This document shows positions 39,363 through 50,333 of a DNA stretch of 64,000 nt, piece by piece; the first letter of the stretch is position 1; every line of letters begins with the position of its first letter. Position numbers and translations under genes: made by a program. The notes under the pieces were generated by a model. That model saw only the letters and a list, made by a program, of their open reading frames with translations. It had not been told where the DNA came from and did no database searches. The stretch comes from Clostridiales bacterium (lineage in GTDB: Bacteria; Bacillota; Clostridia; TANB77; SIG350): contig SVGE01000001.1 in NCBI GenBank assembly GCA_015056545.1, positions 9,129-73,128 of the forward strand, given 5' to 3'.

Positions 39363-40799
39363 TTATTTATTTAACTCTTCTAAGAACATTTTATTAAGCA
39401 TTTGTGGATTAGCTTTACCTCTACTTTCTTTCATTGCTTGTCCAACTAAAAAGCCTAATGCTTTATCTTTACCTGCTTTGAAGTCTGCTATTGATTGAGG
39501 ATTATTTTCTAATACCTTTAATACTATCTCTTTTATAGCTCCTTCATCAGAAATTTGAACTAATCCTTTTTCTTCAACAATAACTTTTGGCTGTTTACCG
39601 CTTTCAAACATTTCTTCAAATACTTTTTTAGCTATTGCTGAACTAATTTTTCCACTATCTATTAGATTTACTAATTCACCTAAGTCTTGCGCACTAAATG
39701 GTACATTTTCTATTTCCATTTCTTTTTCACCTAATAATCTAGTAAAATCTCCCATTAACCAGTTACTTATAGATTTAGCATTTGAACATACAGTTAATGC
39801 ACCTTCAAAGAAATCTGCCATTTTTTTAGATGCTGTAATAATAGTTGCATCATATTCAGGAAGTCCTAATTCTGATACATATCTAGCTTTTCTACTATCT
39901 GGCATTTCAGGTAAATTATCTTTTAAATTATTTATATAATCTTCTGATAATTTAATTAATGATAAATCAGGTTCTGGGAAATATCTATAATCATCTGCAT
40001 TTTCTTTTGTTCTCATTGCATATCCTATACCTCTATCATCATCCCATCTTCTTGTTTCTTGATATATTTCTTCACCATTTTCAACAGCTTCAATTTGTCT
40101 TTCTATCTCAAATTCAATTGCTCTTACAATTGATCTAAATGAATTTAAATTTTTAGTTTCAGTTCTTGTACCGAATTTAGTTTCTCCTTTTTTTCTTATA
40201 GATAAGTTTACATCTGCTCTTAAAGAACCTTCTTGCATTTTACAATCAGATACTTCTAAATATTCTAAAATTGATTTTAATTTTTCAACATAAGCTTTTG
40301 CTTCTTCTGCTGAACGTATATCTGGTTCAGATACTATTTCTATTAATGGAACACAAGCTCTGTTTAAATCTACTAATGCACCACCACCATATTGGTCATG
40401 ATTTAATTTACCAGCATCTTCTTCTATATGTATTCTTGTTATTCCAATATTTTTCTTTTGGCCATCTACTTCTATTTCAACATGTCCATTTTCACAAAGT
40501 GGCATATCAAATTGAGATATTTGGTATGCTTTTGGAAGATCTGGATAAAAATAATTTTTTCTATCTTGTTTACTATCTCTGGCTATTTCACAATTCATTG
40601 CTAATCCAGCTTTTACAGCATATTCAACAACTTTTTTATTAAGTACAGGAAGCGCACCTGGCATACCAGTACATACTGGACAACAATGTGTATTTGGATC
40701 TCCACCGAATTCTGTTGAACATCCACAATATATTTTTGTTTTTGTAGCAAGTTCTGCATGAACTTCTAATCCTATAACTACTTCATAATCCATATTCAA
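39363..40799 (-). CDS. gatB: Asp-tRNA(Asn)/Glu-tRNA(Gln) amidotransferase subunit B
   Basis: MNMDYEVVIGLEVHAELATKTKIYCGCSTEFGG… canonical GatB. Confidence 0.9.
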   Translation of the reverse strand: MNMDYEVVIGLEVHAELATKTKIYCGCSTEFGGDPNTHCCPVCTGMPGALPVLNKKVVEYAVKAGLAMNCEIARDSKQDRKNYFYPDLPKAYQISQFDMPLCENGHVEIEVDGQKKNIGITRIHIEEDAGKLNHDQYGGGALVDLNRACVPLIEIVSEPDIRSAEEAKAYVEKLKSILEYLEVSDCKMQEGSLRADVNLSIRKKGETKFGTRTETKNLNSFRSIVRAIEFEIERQIEAVENGEEIYQETRRWDDDRGIGYAMRTKENADDYRYFPEPDLSLIKLSEDYINNLKDNLPEMPDSRKARYVSELGLPEYDATIITASKKMADFFEGALTVCSNAKSISNWLMGDFTRLLGEKEMEIENVPFSAQDLGELVNLIDSGKISSAIAKKVFEEMFESGKQPKVIVEEKGLVQISDEGAIKEIVLKVLENNPQSIADFKAGKDKALGFLVGQAMKESRGKANPQMLNKMFLEELNK

Positions 40800-40806
40800 T
40801 ACCTCC

Positions 40807-42267
40807 TTATATATCTGCTTTCATAGTATGCCAATTTGTATTTTGTTCATAAGTATAAGCTGCTCTTAATATAGTTTCTTCATCAAAATGTTTACCTATT
40901 AATTGCATACCTATTGGCATATTATCTTTACCAAAACCACAAGGTACTGATATTGCAGGTACACCTGCTATATTAACTGAAACAGTACATATATCTGCTA
41001 AATACATTTCAACAGGATTATTAACTTTTGAATTTAAATCATATGCTGTTGTTGGTGAAACTGGTGTTAATATTACATCATATTTTTCAAACATTTCTTT
41101 ATATTCATTTATTACTTTTGTTCTAACTTTTTGAGCTTTTTTATAATATGCATCATAATATCCAGAAGATAAAACATAAGTTCCTGTTAATATTCTTCTT
41201 TTTACTTCTTCACCAAAACCTTCACTTCTTGAATTTCTGTATATATCACTTAATGTAGAATAATTTTTTGTTCTATATCCATATCTAATTCCATCAAATC
41301 TTCCTAAATTAGAACTTGCTTCTGCACCAGAAATTATATAATATGCTGGAAGAGCATATTTAGTTACAGGTATTGAACATTCTTCGACAGTTGCTCCTAA
41401 TGATTTGTATACTTCAATAGCTTTATTTATAGCATCTTTAACATCTTCACTTATTCCTTCTCCCATATATTCTTTTGGTACACCGATTTTCAATCCTTTA
41501 ACATCATTTATTAATGCTTTTGTATAATCTTTTACTTCAACATTAGCTGAAGTTGTATCCATATTATCTTTTCCAGATATAGCGTTAAGCATTATTGCAG
41601 AATCAGTAACATCTTTAGTTAATGGTCCAATTTGATCTAAAGATGAAGCAAATGCTACTAAACCATATCTTGAAACCCTTCCATAAGTTGGTTTTAAACC
41701 AACAACACCACAGAAAGAGGCAGGTTGTCTAATTGAACCACCTGTATCGCTTCCTAATGTAGCAGTAGCCAAATTTGCTCCGACACAAGATGCACTACCA
41801 CCACTTGAACCACCTGGTACTTTGTTTAAATTCCATGGATTTTTTGTTTTAAAAAATGCTGACCTCTCATTTGAAGCTCCCATAGCAAATTCATCCATAT
41901 TTAATTTTCCTAATATAATTGCATCTTCTGCATTTAATTTCTCAATAACAGTTGCATTATATGGAGGAATAAAGTTTTCTAACATTTTAGAAGAACAAGT
42001 AGTTTTTATTCCTTTTGTACAAATATTATCTTTTATTGCTATTGGAATACCAGCTAAAGGTCCTAATTTTTCTCCTTTAGCATATTTTTCATCAATCTCT
42101 TTTGCTCTATTTAAAGCATATTCCCCGCATACTGTTACATATGCTTTTGTTTTTTCATCAACTTCTTTTATTCTATCTAAATAACATTTTGTTAATTGAA
42201 CACTTGTAATTTCTCTTTTTTCTAATTTTTCTCTTAATTCATGTATTGTTAAATCAAATAAATTCAT
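40807..42267 (-). CDS. gatA: Glutamyl-tRNA(Gln) amidotransferase subunit A
   Basis: Amidase signature [11 protein letters not shown]; 486 aa. Confidence 0.9.
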   Translation of the reverse strand: MNLFDLTIHELREKLEKREITSVQLTKCYLDRIKEVDEKTKAYVTVCGEYALNRAKEIDEKYAKGEKLGPLAGIPIAIKDNICTKGIKTTCSSKMLENFIPPYNATVIEKLNAEDAIILGKLNMDEFAMGASNERSAFFKTKNPWNLNKVPGGSSGGSASCVGANLATATLGSDTGGSIRQPASFCGVVGLKPTYGRVSRYGLVAFASSLDQIGPLTKDVTDSAIMLNAISGKDNMDTTSANVEVKDYTKALINDVKGLKIGVPKEYMGEGISEDVKDAINKAIEVYKSLGATVEECSIPVTKYALPAYYIISGAEASSNLGRFDGIRYGYRTKNYSTLSDIYRNSRSEGFGEEVKRRILTGTYVLSSGYYDAYYKKAQKVRTKVINEYKEMFEKYDVILTPVSPTTAYDLNSKVNNPVEMYLADICTVSVNIAGVPAISVPCGFGKDNMPIGMQLIGKHFDEETILRAAYTYEQNTNWHTMKADI

Positions 42268-42277
42268 AACTTACCTC

Positions 42278-42565
42278 CTATTCTATTACTCTTGGTATTT
42301 TAAACATTCCATCTTGACTATCAGGAGCATTTTGTATTAATAATTCCCTATCAAAAGACTCTTTAATTTCATCTTCCCTGAATATATTATATTCCCCTAA
42401 TATTGATGTAGTAATTTCAACATCATCTGTATTTATTTCATTTAACTGATTAACAAAATCTACTATACCTGTCATATCTACTAAATATTTTTCTAATTCC
42501 TCATCGTTAAAACTTAAATTAGATAAGTTTGCAATATGTTTTAATTGTTCTTTTGTTATATTCAT
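42278..42565 (-). CDS. gatC: Glutamyl-tRNA(Gln) amidotransferase subunit C
   Basis: 95 aa, ITKEQLKHIANLSNLSFNDEELEKY… ; gatCAB operon order. Confidence 0.85.
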   Translation of the reverse strand: MNITKEQLKHIANLSNLSFNDEELEKYLVDMTGIVDFVNQLNEINTDDVEITTSILGEYNIFREDEIKESFDRELLIQNAPDSQDGMFKIPRVIE

Positions 42566-42728
42566 TAAATCATCTCCTAACCATAAAATTACTCATATAT
42601 TATATTATTAAGAAGCGGAAAAAACAAGTATTAATTATAATATTTTCTTAAAATTTGATTTTAAATTTGTATTATGCTATAATGTATAAAAATTTAATTT
42701 AAATAATTCATTAATATTTTATTAAGGA

Positions 42729-42980
42729 GTGGCTATTATGAAAAAAAGCGAAATAATGGATTTAAAAACAACAATTACAAGAAACTTAGAAATGTTTCGC
42801 AAAGAAAGAAATTTAACTTTGGAAGATGTTGCAGATATAATGAATATTGAACATTCATTATATGCTGATTATGAAAGAGGAATTAAATTTATTACAGTAC
42901 CACATTTGGTTCTTATTTCAAGACTTTACAAAGTATCTGTTGAAGATCTTTTAAAAGGTTTTGAATATGAGCCTTATTAA
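42729..42980 (+). CDS. XRE-family helix-turn-helix transcriptional regulator
   Basis: …RKERNLTLEDVADIMNIEHSLYADYERG… HTH_3 pattern. Confidence 0.7.
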   Translation: MAIMKKSEIMDLKTTITRNLEMFRKERNLTLEDVADIMNIEHSLYADYERGIKFITVPHLVLISRLYKVSVEDLLKGFEYEPY

Positions 42981-42984
42981 AAAT

Positions 42985-43022
42985 AAAGAAATGAGTGATT
43001 TTACACTCATTTCTTTATTTTT
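42985..43022. terminator. Bidirectional terminator (aaagaaatgagtg / cactcatttcttt)
   Basis: 13-bp perfect stem plus T-run. Confidence 0.6.
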
Positions 43023-43066
43023 AAATAATAACTTTAACTGTCTTTTTCATTTAAACACCACTTTTT

Positions 43067-43276
43067 TTATTCATATTTTATTGGATTTTCATTATTTTCA
43101 TTTTGATTATCAATTGCAGATGATTCACCATCATCTTCTATCATGCTACTTTTATTAACATTTTTAAATATAGCCAAAAACATTGTAAATCCTAATACAC
43201 CAAACAACATAACTATAATTAATACTATCATTATTATCATATTATCCATATTATTTCTCCCTTCCCATTTTCTCAA
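43067..43276 (-). CDS. Small membrane protein (69 aa) with an acidic C-terminal tail
   Basis: Single TM; overlaps the addB stop by 26 nt. Confidence 0.3.
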   Translation of the reverse strand: MRKWEGRNNMDNMIIMIVLIIVMLFGVLGFTMFLAIFKNVNKSSMIEDDGESSAIDNQNENNENPIKYE

Positions 43277-46200
43277 AAATTTCTTTATTATCTAAATTCC
43301 TCATAATGTTGTATGTACAGTTTTTCTCTTTACTATTAAATTTGCAGATACCATTAAAACTACAATATATACAACCATTAGATATTTTACTTTTCCAAAA
43401 TGGTTTTACATCTATTTTTCCACTCATAATTTCACTACTAATATCTGTTAATATTTTCTTAGAATATTGTTGCAATTTATTAAATTCATCTAATGATAAA
43501 GCATTTTTATTTGTAGATAATCCTTCATCATTTATTTTTACATTAACTAAATTAGATGTTTTTTCTATATTATGATCCATATGCCTAATAAGTGATTTAT
43601 CATTTAAAATAAAGCCATTAAGTTTTAATTCATTAATAAGCATTTTTTCTAGTTCTTCTTTAGACAAATCTTGTTTAGTTGAAATAATTGGATCATCTAT
43701 TTTAAAATATAGCATTCCACCAGGAATAATATCTTTATCTTCATTGGTAACAGCATCTAAATAAGTTATTAATTGAAGATTTAGTCCATTATATATATCT
43801 GAAAGTTGAGCAGATTTTTTAGAAGATTTATAATCTATTATTCTAATATATTTGCCATCTTGAGTATCTGCTAAATCAATTCTATCTATTTTACCTATTA
43901 AATGAACTTGTTTACCACCATTTAATTCAAGTAAAATTTTGTGATAATCTTTTCCATCACCAAATTCCGCTTCTGTTTTAATTGGTTTAAAACTACTGCC
44001 TCTTAATTGAAGTATCAGTACCCAAATTGATTTAAGTAACACTTTTTTTAGCTTTATTTTAAGTACATTAAAATTCTTAGCATTTTTTATCATATCACTT
44101 TTAATATTTATAAATAAATTTTGTATAATATTATTAGCAATATCCTCTACTTCATTTTCTGTAATTGTATTTAAATCTATATTATTTGAAATAATATATG
44201 AAAAAAATTCATCTAATACTTCATGGTTAAAATTACCTATATCTAAAAATCTAACTTGAAACTTCTCTCTTTCAGTTATTTTAAGTGCATATTTTAAATA
44301 AAAACTATATGGGCATTTAACATATTCTTCAAGTTTAGTAATACTTCCTTTAAAAATATCTCCATAGATTTTATCTATATTTTCTTTAGATAAAGTAATA
44401 TTCATATTTGTTGTGTATTTTAGTATATTTTCATATTTAATATAATCATCTATAGCATTTTCTTTAAAGTATTTTATATATTCAGTATTATCCTCTTCAA
44501 ATAAATTAGAAAAAGCTGTATTTGTATTATATATATAATCATTTGAAATATTATCTATAATTTGTTCATTTATATTAAATATTTTCTTTATTTTAGAAAT
44601 TATAAATGATGGGCGATATGAAACACCATCTAAATCATTCATAATGTATGAAAAATTCACTTTATCTGTTGCCATAGTAATAATCTTATATATATTAAAC
44701 TGGTCCTCTAATTCCTTCATTTTTGTTGTTTTAGCAAGTTCAATATTATTCTCATATAAAAACTCTCTATCTGCATCAGATAAAATACCTTCACTCCCAT
44801 ATACTATTGGAAACCCGCCATTTTGTACACCAATAAAAAATATTACCTTTACTTTATGTGTTCTAGTTCTTTCGATATCTCCTATCATAACTGCATCTTG
44901 ATAAAGTGGAATAAAAGCCTTTTGTGTATCAGTAAGTGCAATTTCAAGTATATTTTTAAATTCATAAATATCTATTTTACTATTACCTAAACTTAATATT
45001 AGCTGGTCAAATGTTTCTATATAGTAATTCCATATGTCTAAATATTCTTTTTCAATGTCTATTTCGCCATTTTCATGGAATAAATTTATCTTTTCTTCAA
45101 TTGCTTTTTGTATATTATTTTTATCTAAAAATTCATATATACATTTAACAATATCTTGCATATTTTTTTGTTTTAATATATTATTTTTAAATTCAATTAA
45201 AGGAACAATAACTTTTTCTCTAACAATATTTAATCTTTCTAATTTATCTAGCACTTCTTGATTATTTTCATCATATTCATATGTAAATTCTTTAAACCAT
45301 TTATGTCCTTTTATTCCCCATTTAATAACATAATTTTCAAGTAAATATATATCATCTAAATCCACATCTAAGAACCCTGTTTTTAAATATGAGAAAACAG
45401 CTTCATAACTAAAATTATTAATAACAATATCTATTAAAGAAAAAATTAAATTAGAAATTTGGTTATCTATAATATTCTTTTTTAAATCTATAAAATATGG
45501 TATTTTATATTTACTAAAAATACCCCAAATTAAATTTGCATATTTTTCACTATCTCTTGTTATAACTACAATATCGCTATACTTATATCCACTATCTATT
45601 AATTTAACAATATTTTGTGCTAAATTTTCTATTTCAATATTATCATTTAGACATGAATATATATTTATACTATATTCAACTTTATCTTTATATACTTTAT
45701 ATGGATAGCTAAATATATTATTTGCTAAATGATTAATCTCTTTTTTAGTCTTTGTAATATTATTTTCAACAATTTTTTTATTTAAATCAATTGTATTATC
45801 TAACTTAATACCATTTTCTGAGCATAATCGTAATAGCTTTTTATATGCTAATATATTTGAATTATATATATCTAATGGATTTTCTGATATATTTGTTTTA
45901 TCTATACAAAATGATATATATACATTATTGTATTTTGCAAGTTCAAGTATTGTCTGATATTCTTGATTTGTATATCCATAAAATTCATCAATATATATAT
46001 CCATATTTTTAATACTTGAATCTGAAATATAGTTGCAAAGGATATCTAAATCATTATTACTATCTACTGTAGCTTCATCTAACATATTATGATATTTCTC
46101 ATAAATATTTAATAAATCTTGCATTTTATTATTCAAATAAACATTAGAATACTCAATATTTCTAGCTTCATCAATATTTATTTTATATCTATCAAATTCA

Positions 46201-46571
46201 GAAAAAATATCTATTATATTTTCAATATTTCCTTTACTTGAACTATTAAATATATTGAATTTGTTTTTAGATAAAATATCATAAATAATTAACTTTTTAC
46301 CTACATCTGTAATATGTCTATTATCTAATCCAATTTCATTAAATACCCTATAACACATACGCTTAAAAGTTAATATCTCAACATTAAACAGACCACCTTT
46401 ATCTAAATAGTGAGTTAACTCTTTTTCAGCTGTAAGTCCAAATTGTTCAGGAACTATTAATAATGTTTTAATATTATTTTCTAGATTTTTTTCATATTTT
46501 TCTTTTATTAAGTTATATATATATGTAGTTTTTCCTATTCTACTTTTTCCTAATATGCATGAAATACTCAT
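43251..46571 (-). CDS. addB: ATP-dependent helicase/deoxyribonuclease subunit B (AddB/RexB)
   Basis: N-terminal degenerate Walker A (GKSRIGKTT); C-terminal RecB-type nuclease (GKIDRIDLADTQDGKYIRIIDYKSSKK) and 4-Cys Fe-S cluster (CPYSF…CIYCSFNGICKF). Confidence 0.8.
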   Translation of the reverse strand: MSISCILGKSRIGKTTYIYNLIKEKYEKNLENNIKTLLIVPEQFGLTAEKELTHYLDKGGLFNVEILTFKRMCYRVFNEIGLDNRHITDVGKKLIIYDILSKNKFNIFNSSSKGNIENIIDIFSEFDRYKINIDEARNIEYSNVYLNNKMQDLLNIYEKYHNMLDEATVDSNNDLDILCNYISDSSIKNMDIYIDEFYGYTNQEYQTILELAKYNNVYISFCIDKTNISENPLDIYNSNILAYKKLLRLCSENGIKLDNTIDLNKKIVENNITKTKKEINHLANNIFSYPYKVYKDKVEYSINIYSCLNDNIEIENLAQNIVKLIDSGYKYSDIVVITRDSEKYANLIWGIFSKYKIPYFIDLKKNIIDNQISNLIFSLIDIVINNFSYEAVFSYLKTGFLDVDLDDIYLLENYVIKWGIKGHKWFKEFTYEYDENNQEVLDKLERLNIVREKVIVPLIEFKNNILKQKNMQDIVKCIYEFLDKNNIQKAIEEKINLFHENGEIDIEKEYLDIWNYYIETFDQLILSLGNSKIDIYEFKNILEIALTDTQKAFIPLYQDAVMIGDIERTRTHKVKVIFFIGVQNGGFPIVYGSEGILSDADREFLYENNIELAKTTKMKELEDQFNIYKIITMATDKVNFSYIMNDLDGVSYRPSFIISKIKKIFNINEQIIDNISNDYIYNTNTAFSNLFEEDNTEYIKYFKENAIDDYIKYENILKYTTNMNITLSKENIDKIYGDIFKGSITKLEEYVKCPYSFYLKYALKITEREKFQVRFLDIGNFNHEVLDEFFSYIISNNIDLNTITENEVEDIANNIIQNLFINIKSDMIKNAKNFNVLKIKLKKVLLKSIWVLILQLRGSSFKPIKTEAEFGDGKDYHKILLELNGGKQVHLIGKIDRIDLADTQDGKYIRIIDYKSSKKSAQLSDIYNGLNLQLITYLDAVTNEDKDIIPGGMLYFKIDDPIISTKQDLSKEELEKMLINELKLNGFILNDKSLIRHMDHNIEKTSNLVNVKINDEGLSTNKNALSLDEFNKLQQYSKKILTDISSEIMSGKIDVKPFWKSKISNGCIYCSFNGICKFNSKEKNCTYNIMRNLDNKEIFEKMGREK

Positions 46572-46580
46572 TCTTCACCT

Positions 46581-47396
46581 CTAATTACCTGAATAACTAT
46601 CAAATACGAAAATGTCTCCTTGTTTTATCATATTTATATTTAAAGTTTGTCCTGTTAAATCTTCATTACTAACTGTTATTTCTTTAGCATATTCTTCAAT
46701 TTCTTCATATGATTTTTCTTCATATAGTTTATATAAATTTATTTCAGATAAAGTTACTTTATATGTATTTTTGTTAACTATATCTTGAATTGAATTAGTT
46801 ACTTTATATAAGCTATTTTCTTTTGATGCATTATCTTTTGGTACAACATATGAATCAATAGCTGAAATATAATACTTGTCCATTTCTGATACATTTTGTT
46901 TTTCTATATTAAACAATTTTGAATATGTATCATTATATTTTTCTTTTGAAATACACATATATTCATCTTTAAAGTCATCAAAATACACATAACCTATTTC
47001 TCTATATACTTCTGCATCAATTTTATCTATATATTCATCTGGTATTTTATCTAATTCATAATCTTTTTCAAAATATTTACATGTTATTTCATATTTTGCT
47101 TGTTCTTCATTTAAACTTTTACCGGAAGTTAAATTACTCATAATATATGACATTGTTTGATTTATTTGTATTTTATTATCTTCAGATAAATCAATATTAT
47201 CTCCCACAACAACATTATTACTACCTTCTACTTGTGCTAATTTTTCTTTATAATAATTATTTTCTCTAATCAAAGTAGTAATTACAACTGTAGATACAAC
47301 TAGAAGAAAACAAGTTATTATTACACAAATTAATGGTACTTTATAGTTTTTAATCATTTCAAATCTATTTCTTCTTCCTAATCTTCTATTACTCAT
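46581..47396 (-). CDS. Membrane-anchored hypothetical protein (271 aa)
   Basis: Basic N-terminus plus one TM; no motifs. Confidence 0.35.
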   Translation of the reverse strand: MSNRRLGRRNRFEMIKNYKVPLICVIITCFLLVVSTVVITTLIRENNYYKEKLAQVEGSNNVVVGDNIDLSEDNKIQINQTMSYIMSNLTSGKSLNEEQAKYEITCKYFEKDYELDKIPDEYIDKIDAEVYREIGYVYFDDFKDEYMCISKEKYNDTYSKLFNIEKQNVSEMDKYYISAIDSYVVPKDNASKENSLYKVTNSIQDIVNKNTYKVTLSEINLYKLYEEKSYEEIEEYAKEITVSNEDLTGQTLNINMIKQGDIFVFDSYSGN

Positions 47397-47411
47397 TTAT
47401 ATCCTCCGCTC

Positions 47412-48665
47412 TTATTTCTTTTCCTCTTCTCTAATAATAAGTATATATATATCAAAATTAATTATATAGCTAATAAATGCTAATACAAGTGAAACAAATA
47501 TAATATACATTAAATCTATTTTTAATAGTAATAATGATATTATTAAACTAATTCCTATTTCCCCTATTTTCTTAAATAATCCTAAATATGAAATACATCC
47601 TTGTCTTTCGTTTGGACGTGCTTTTTTTAATACTAAATCATGTATATATGTACTAAATATATCTTTAATTCCAAATATTAAACACAAGCCTAATGTCATT
47701 AATATAGCTTTAGTATTTACTAATGGTATAAGGCCACCTAAAATTACTAATAGAAAAGCTATTAAACAAACAAGTGGCATATAATATAATATCTTGTCTT
47801 TTACTCTGTTATATAATTTATAGAAAGATATATTTGCTATTACTCTTGCAATTTGTGTCATTACTAATACATATGAAAAATATATTGCTGTTTGTCCTAA
47901 CCCAAAGTAATGTTCAAATTCATGCTCTACAAATAATTTAACATTTATTTTTCCAGTAGAAATTGTTGCATAAAATACACCATAAGCTATTAATATTAAA
48001 AGAATTGCTTTTCTAAATTTAATTTTTCTTTCTTGTATTTCTTCTTCTGAAATTTCTTCTACTTGCGGCTTTTCTTCATGTAAGGCAAGTGATATTAATA
48101 CATTAATGAAAGTTAGTCCAATACATAGATACATTGGTATATATGGGTTTATTTTGAACAGATAACCTGCTATTAATGTAACAATTGTTGTATTTATTGA
48201 AAATATTATATTTGATATATTTTTGTATTTAATATATTTTCCTTTTTTATTTAAATATCCTAAATTATTTTTTAATATTACATTATCCATTGATTTAAAT
48301 AAATAAGATATAATATATATAATTTCACCTAACATTATTATATAATATGATTTAGCAAATGTAAGTATTATACTTGCTACAAGTAACATTATTGTACCCA
48401 TTCTTACTGCTTGTACATTTCCTACTTTCTTTATTATTTTCAAAAATGGTCTTTGAAGTAATATATATACTAAACCAGATATTGTAGTTAAAAATGTTAC
48501 ATTAGATGCTGTCAACCCTTTTACTGTTGTTAAAAATAATGTATTTATTGCTATATAAAACAGTAAATCATTACTTAATCCCATAAATACAGGTAATATT
48601 TTTACGGTAAATAATGCTTTAGTTTTTTTATCTAAATTTATTCCTTGTTTATTTGTTTGTTCCAT
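47412..48665 (-). CDS. Polytopic membrane transporter (MFS-like, about 12 TM)
   Basis: Two 6-TM halves separated by a charged loop (…EEKPQVEEISEEEIQERK…). Confidence 0.4.
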   Translation of the reverse strand: MEQTNKQGINLDKKTKALFTVKILPVFMGLSNDLLFYIAINTLFLTTVKGLTASNVTFLTTISGLVYILLQRPFLKIIKKVGNVQAVRMGTIMLLVASIILTFAKSYYIIMLGEIIYIISYLFKSMDNVILKNNLGYLNKKGKYIKYKNISNIIFSINTTIVTLIAGYLFKINPYIPMYLCIGLTFINVLISLALHEEKPQVEEISEEEIQERKIKFRKAILLILIAYGVFYATISTGKINVKLFVEHEFEHYFGLGQTAIYFSYVLVMTQIARVIANISFYKLYNRVKDKILYYMPLVCLIAFLLVILGGLIPLVNTKAILMTLGLCLIFGIKDIFSTYIHDLVLKKARPNERQGCISYLGLFKKIGEIGISLIISLLLLKIDLMYIIFVSLVLAFISYIINFDIYILIIREEEKK

Positions 48666-48674
48666 TAATTCTCC

Positions 48675-49523
48675 TTATTTTCTTCTGTTTTTACAAGCTA
48701 AAATAATATTATTCATAAGCATTGCAATTGTCATTGGTCCTACTCCACCAGGAACTGGTGTGATATATCCTGCAATATCTTTTACATTTTCAAAATCTAC
48801 ATCTCCGCATATTTTACCTTGCTCATTTCTATTTATACCAACATCGATTACTACTGAATTTTGTTTTATCATATCATCTGTTATTATTTTAGGTTTTCCA
48901 ACAGCAGATATAACTATATCTGAAGCAAGTAATATTTCTTTTAAGTTTTGAGTTTTTGAATTACATACAGTGACTGTACCACCTTTATTAATAAGTAGCT
49001 GTGCCATTGGTTTTCCTACTATATTACTTCTACCAATAACAGTACATCTTTTACCTTCTATTTCAATATTATGTTCTTTAAACATTCTCATTATTCCTTG
49101 TGGTGTACATGGTATAAATACTGGAAATCCCATAGATAAAAGTCCAGCATTAATTGGATTAAAACCATCAACATCTTTTTCAGGTATAATTTTATTAAAT
49201 GCTTTTAAAATATCTAAATGTCTTGGAATAGGACTTTGAAGTAATATTCCATCAACATTTTCATCATTATTGAGTTTATCTATTAAATCTAACAATTCTT
49301 GCTCAGTTGTTTCTTCTGGGAGTAGATATTCCTTAGATTCAATTCCTATTTTTTCACATGCTTTTTGTTTATTTTTTACATAAATACAAGAAGCGGTATC
49401 ACTACCGACTAGCACAACGGCTAGACATGGAGTGATACCCTTTCCCTTTAATTTATCTACTTCAACTTTTAATTCATCTAATACTTTATTTGAAATTTCT
49501 TTTCCATCAATAATTACAGCCAT
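48675..49523 (-). CDS. folD: Bifunctional methylenetetrahydrofolate dehydrogenase/cyclohydrolase
   Basis: MAVIIDGKEISNKV…, …GRSNIVGKPMAQLL…, PGGVGPMT. Confidence 0.9.
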   Translation of the reverse strand: MAVIIDGKEISNKVLDELKVEVDKLKGKGITPCLAVVLVGSDTASCIYVKNKQKACEKIGIESKEYLLPEETTEQELLDLIDKLNNDENVDGILLQSPIPRHLDILKAFNKIIPEKDVDGFNPINAGLLSMGFPVFIPCTPQGIMRMFKEHNIEIEGKRCTVIGRSNIVGKPMAQLLINKGGTVTVCNSKTQNLKEILLASDIVISAVGKPKIITDDMIKQNSVVIDVGINRNEQGKICGDVDFENVKDIAGYITPVPGGVGPMTIAMLMNNIILACKNRRK

Positions 49524-49535
49524 TTTCTTTTCCCC

Positions 49536-50312
49536 CTATATTACTAATAATACTATTGCTAATATTCCTAATATTACTCTATATATTGCAAATAATTTAA
49601 AACTACCTTTTTTCAAATAATTAAGTAAAAAGCGGATAACTACTAATCCTGTTAAGAAACTTGCCATTACACCTAATACAAAAGGTATATCAAATACAAA
49701 CTCTTTTAATTTAAATATTGTTGCTGCTAAAACTATAGGTGCAGAAAGCATAAATGAATATTTTGCACATGATTCTCTATCAACTTTCATTAATCTACCT
49801 GTTGTCATTGTAACACCACTTCTAGAAACACCTGGTATAAACGCTAATGCTTGTGATAAACCTATTAAAAATGTTTGTTTAAGTGTCATTTCTTCATATT
49901 TTGTCTCAGATTTTGCAAATCTGTCTACAACATATAATAAAATTCCCATTACAATTAATGCAATTGAAATCACTAATGTATTTTCTAATATTGATTCAGC
50001 ATATTTATCTAATATAAACCCTATAATCCCACCTGGAATTGTTGCTAATACTAGATACCAAAACATTCTGCCTTCTGCGTTTTTCTCACCTTTAACAGTT
50101 TTAAAACCACCTATTAAAAGATTAATCCAGTCTTTGAAAAAGAATATTCCTATTGCAAGTAATGTACCAAAATGTAGAGCTATATCAAAAGACTCTGTTA
50201 TTGTCCAATTAAAAAATTGTGGTAATAAATATAAATGTGCTGAACTAGATATTGGTAATAATTCAGTTAATCCCTGAACTATACCTAAAATTATTGATTG
50301 ATATATTTCCAT
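49536..50312 (-). CDS. uppP: Undecaprenyl-diphosphatase
   Basis: …GIVQGLTELLPISSSAHL… and …PGVSRSGVTMTTG…. Confidence 0.9.
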   Translation of the reverse strand: MEIYQSIILGIVQGLTELLPISSSAHLYLLPQFFNWTITESFDIALHFGTLLAIGIFFFKDWINLLIGGFKTVKGEKNAEGRMFWYLVLATIPGGIIGFILDKYAESILENTLVISIALIVMGILLYVVDRFAKSETKYEEMTLKQTFLIGLSQALAFIPGVSRSGVTMTTGRLMKVDRESCAKYSFMLSAPIVLAATIFKLKEFVFDIPFVLGVMASFLTGLVVIRFLLNYLKKGSFKLFAIYRVILGILAIVLLVI

Positions 50313-50333
50313 AATTATTATTTCTCCTTTGTT

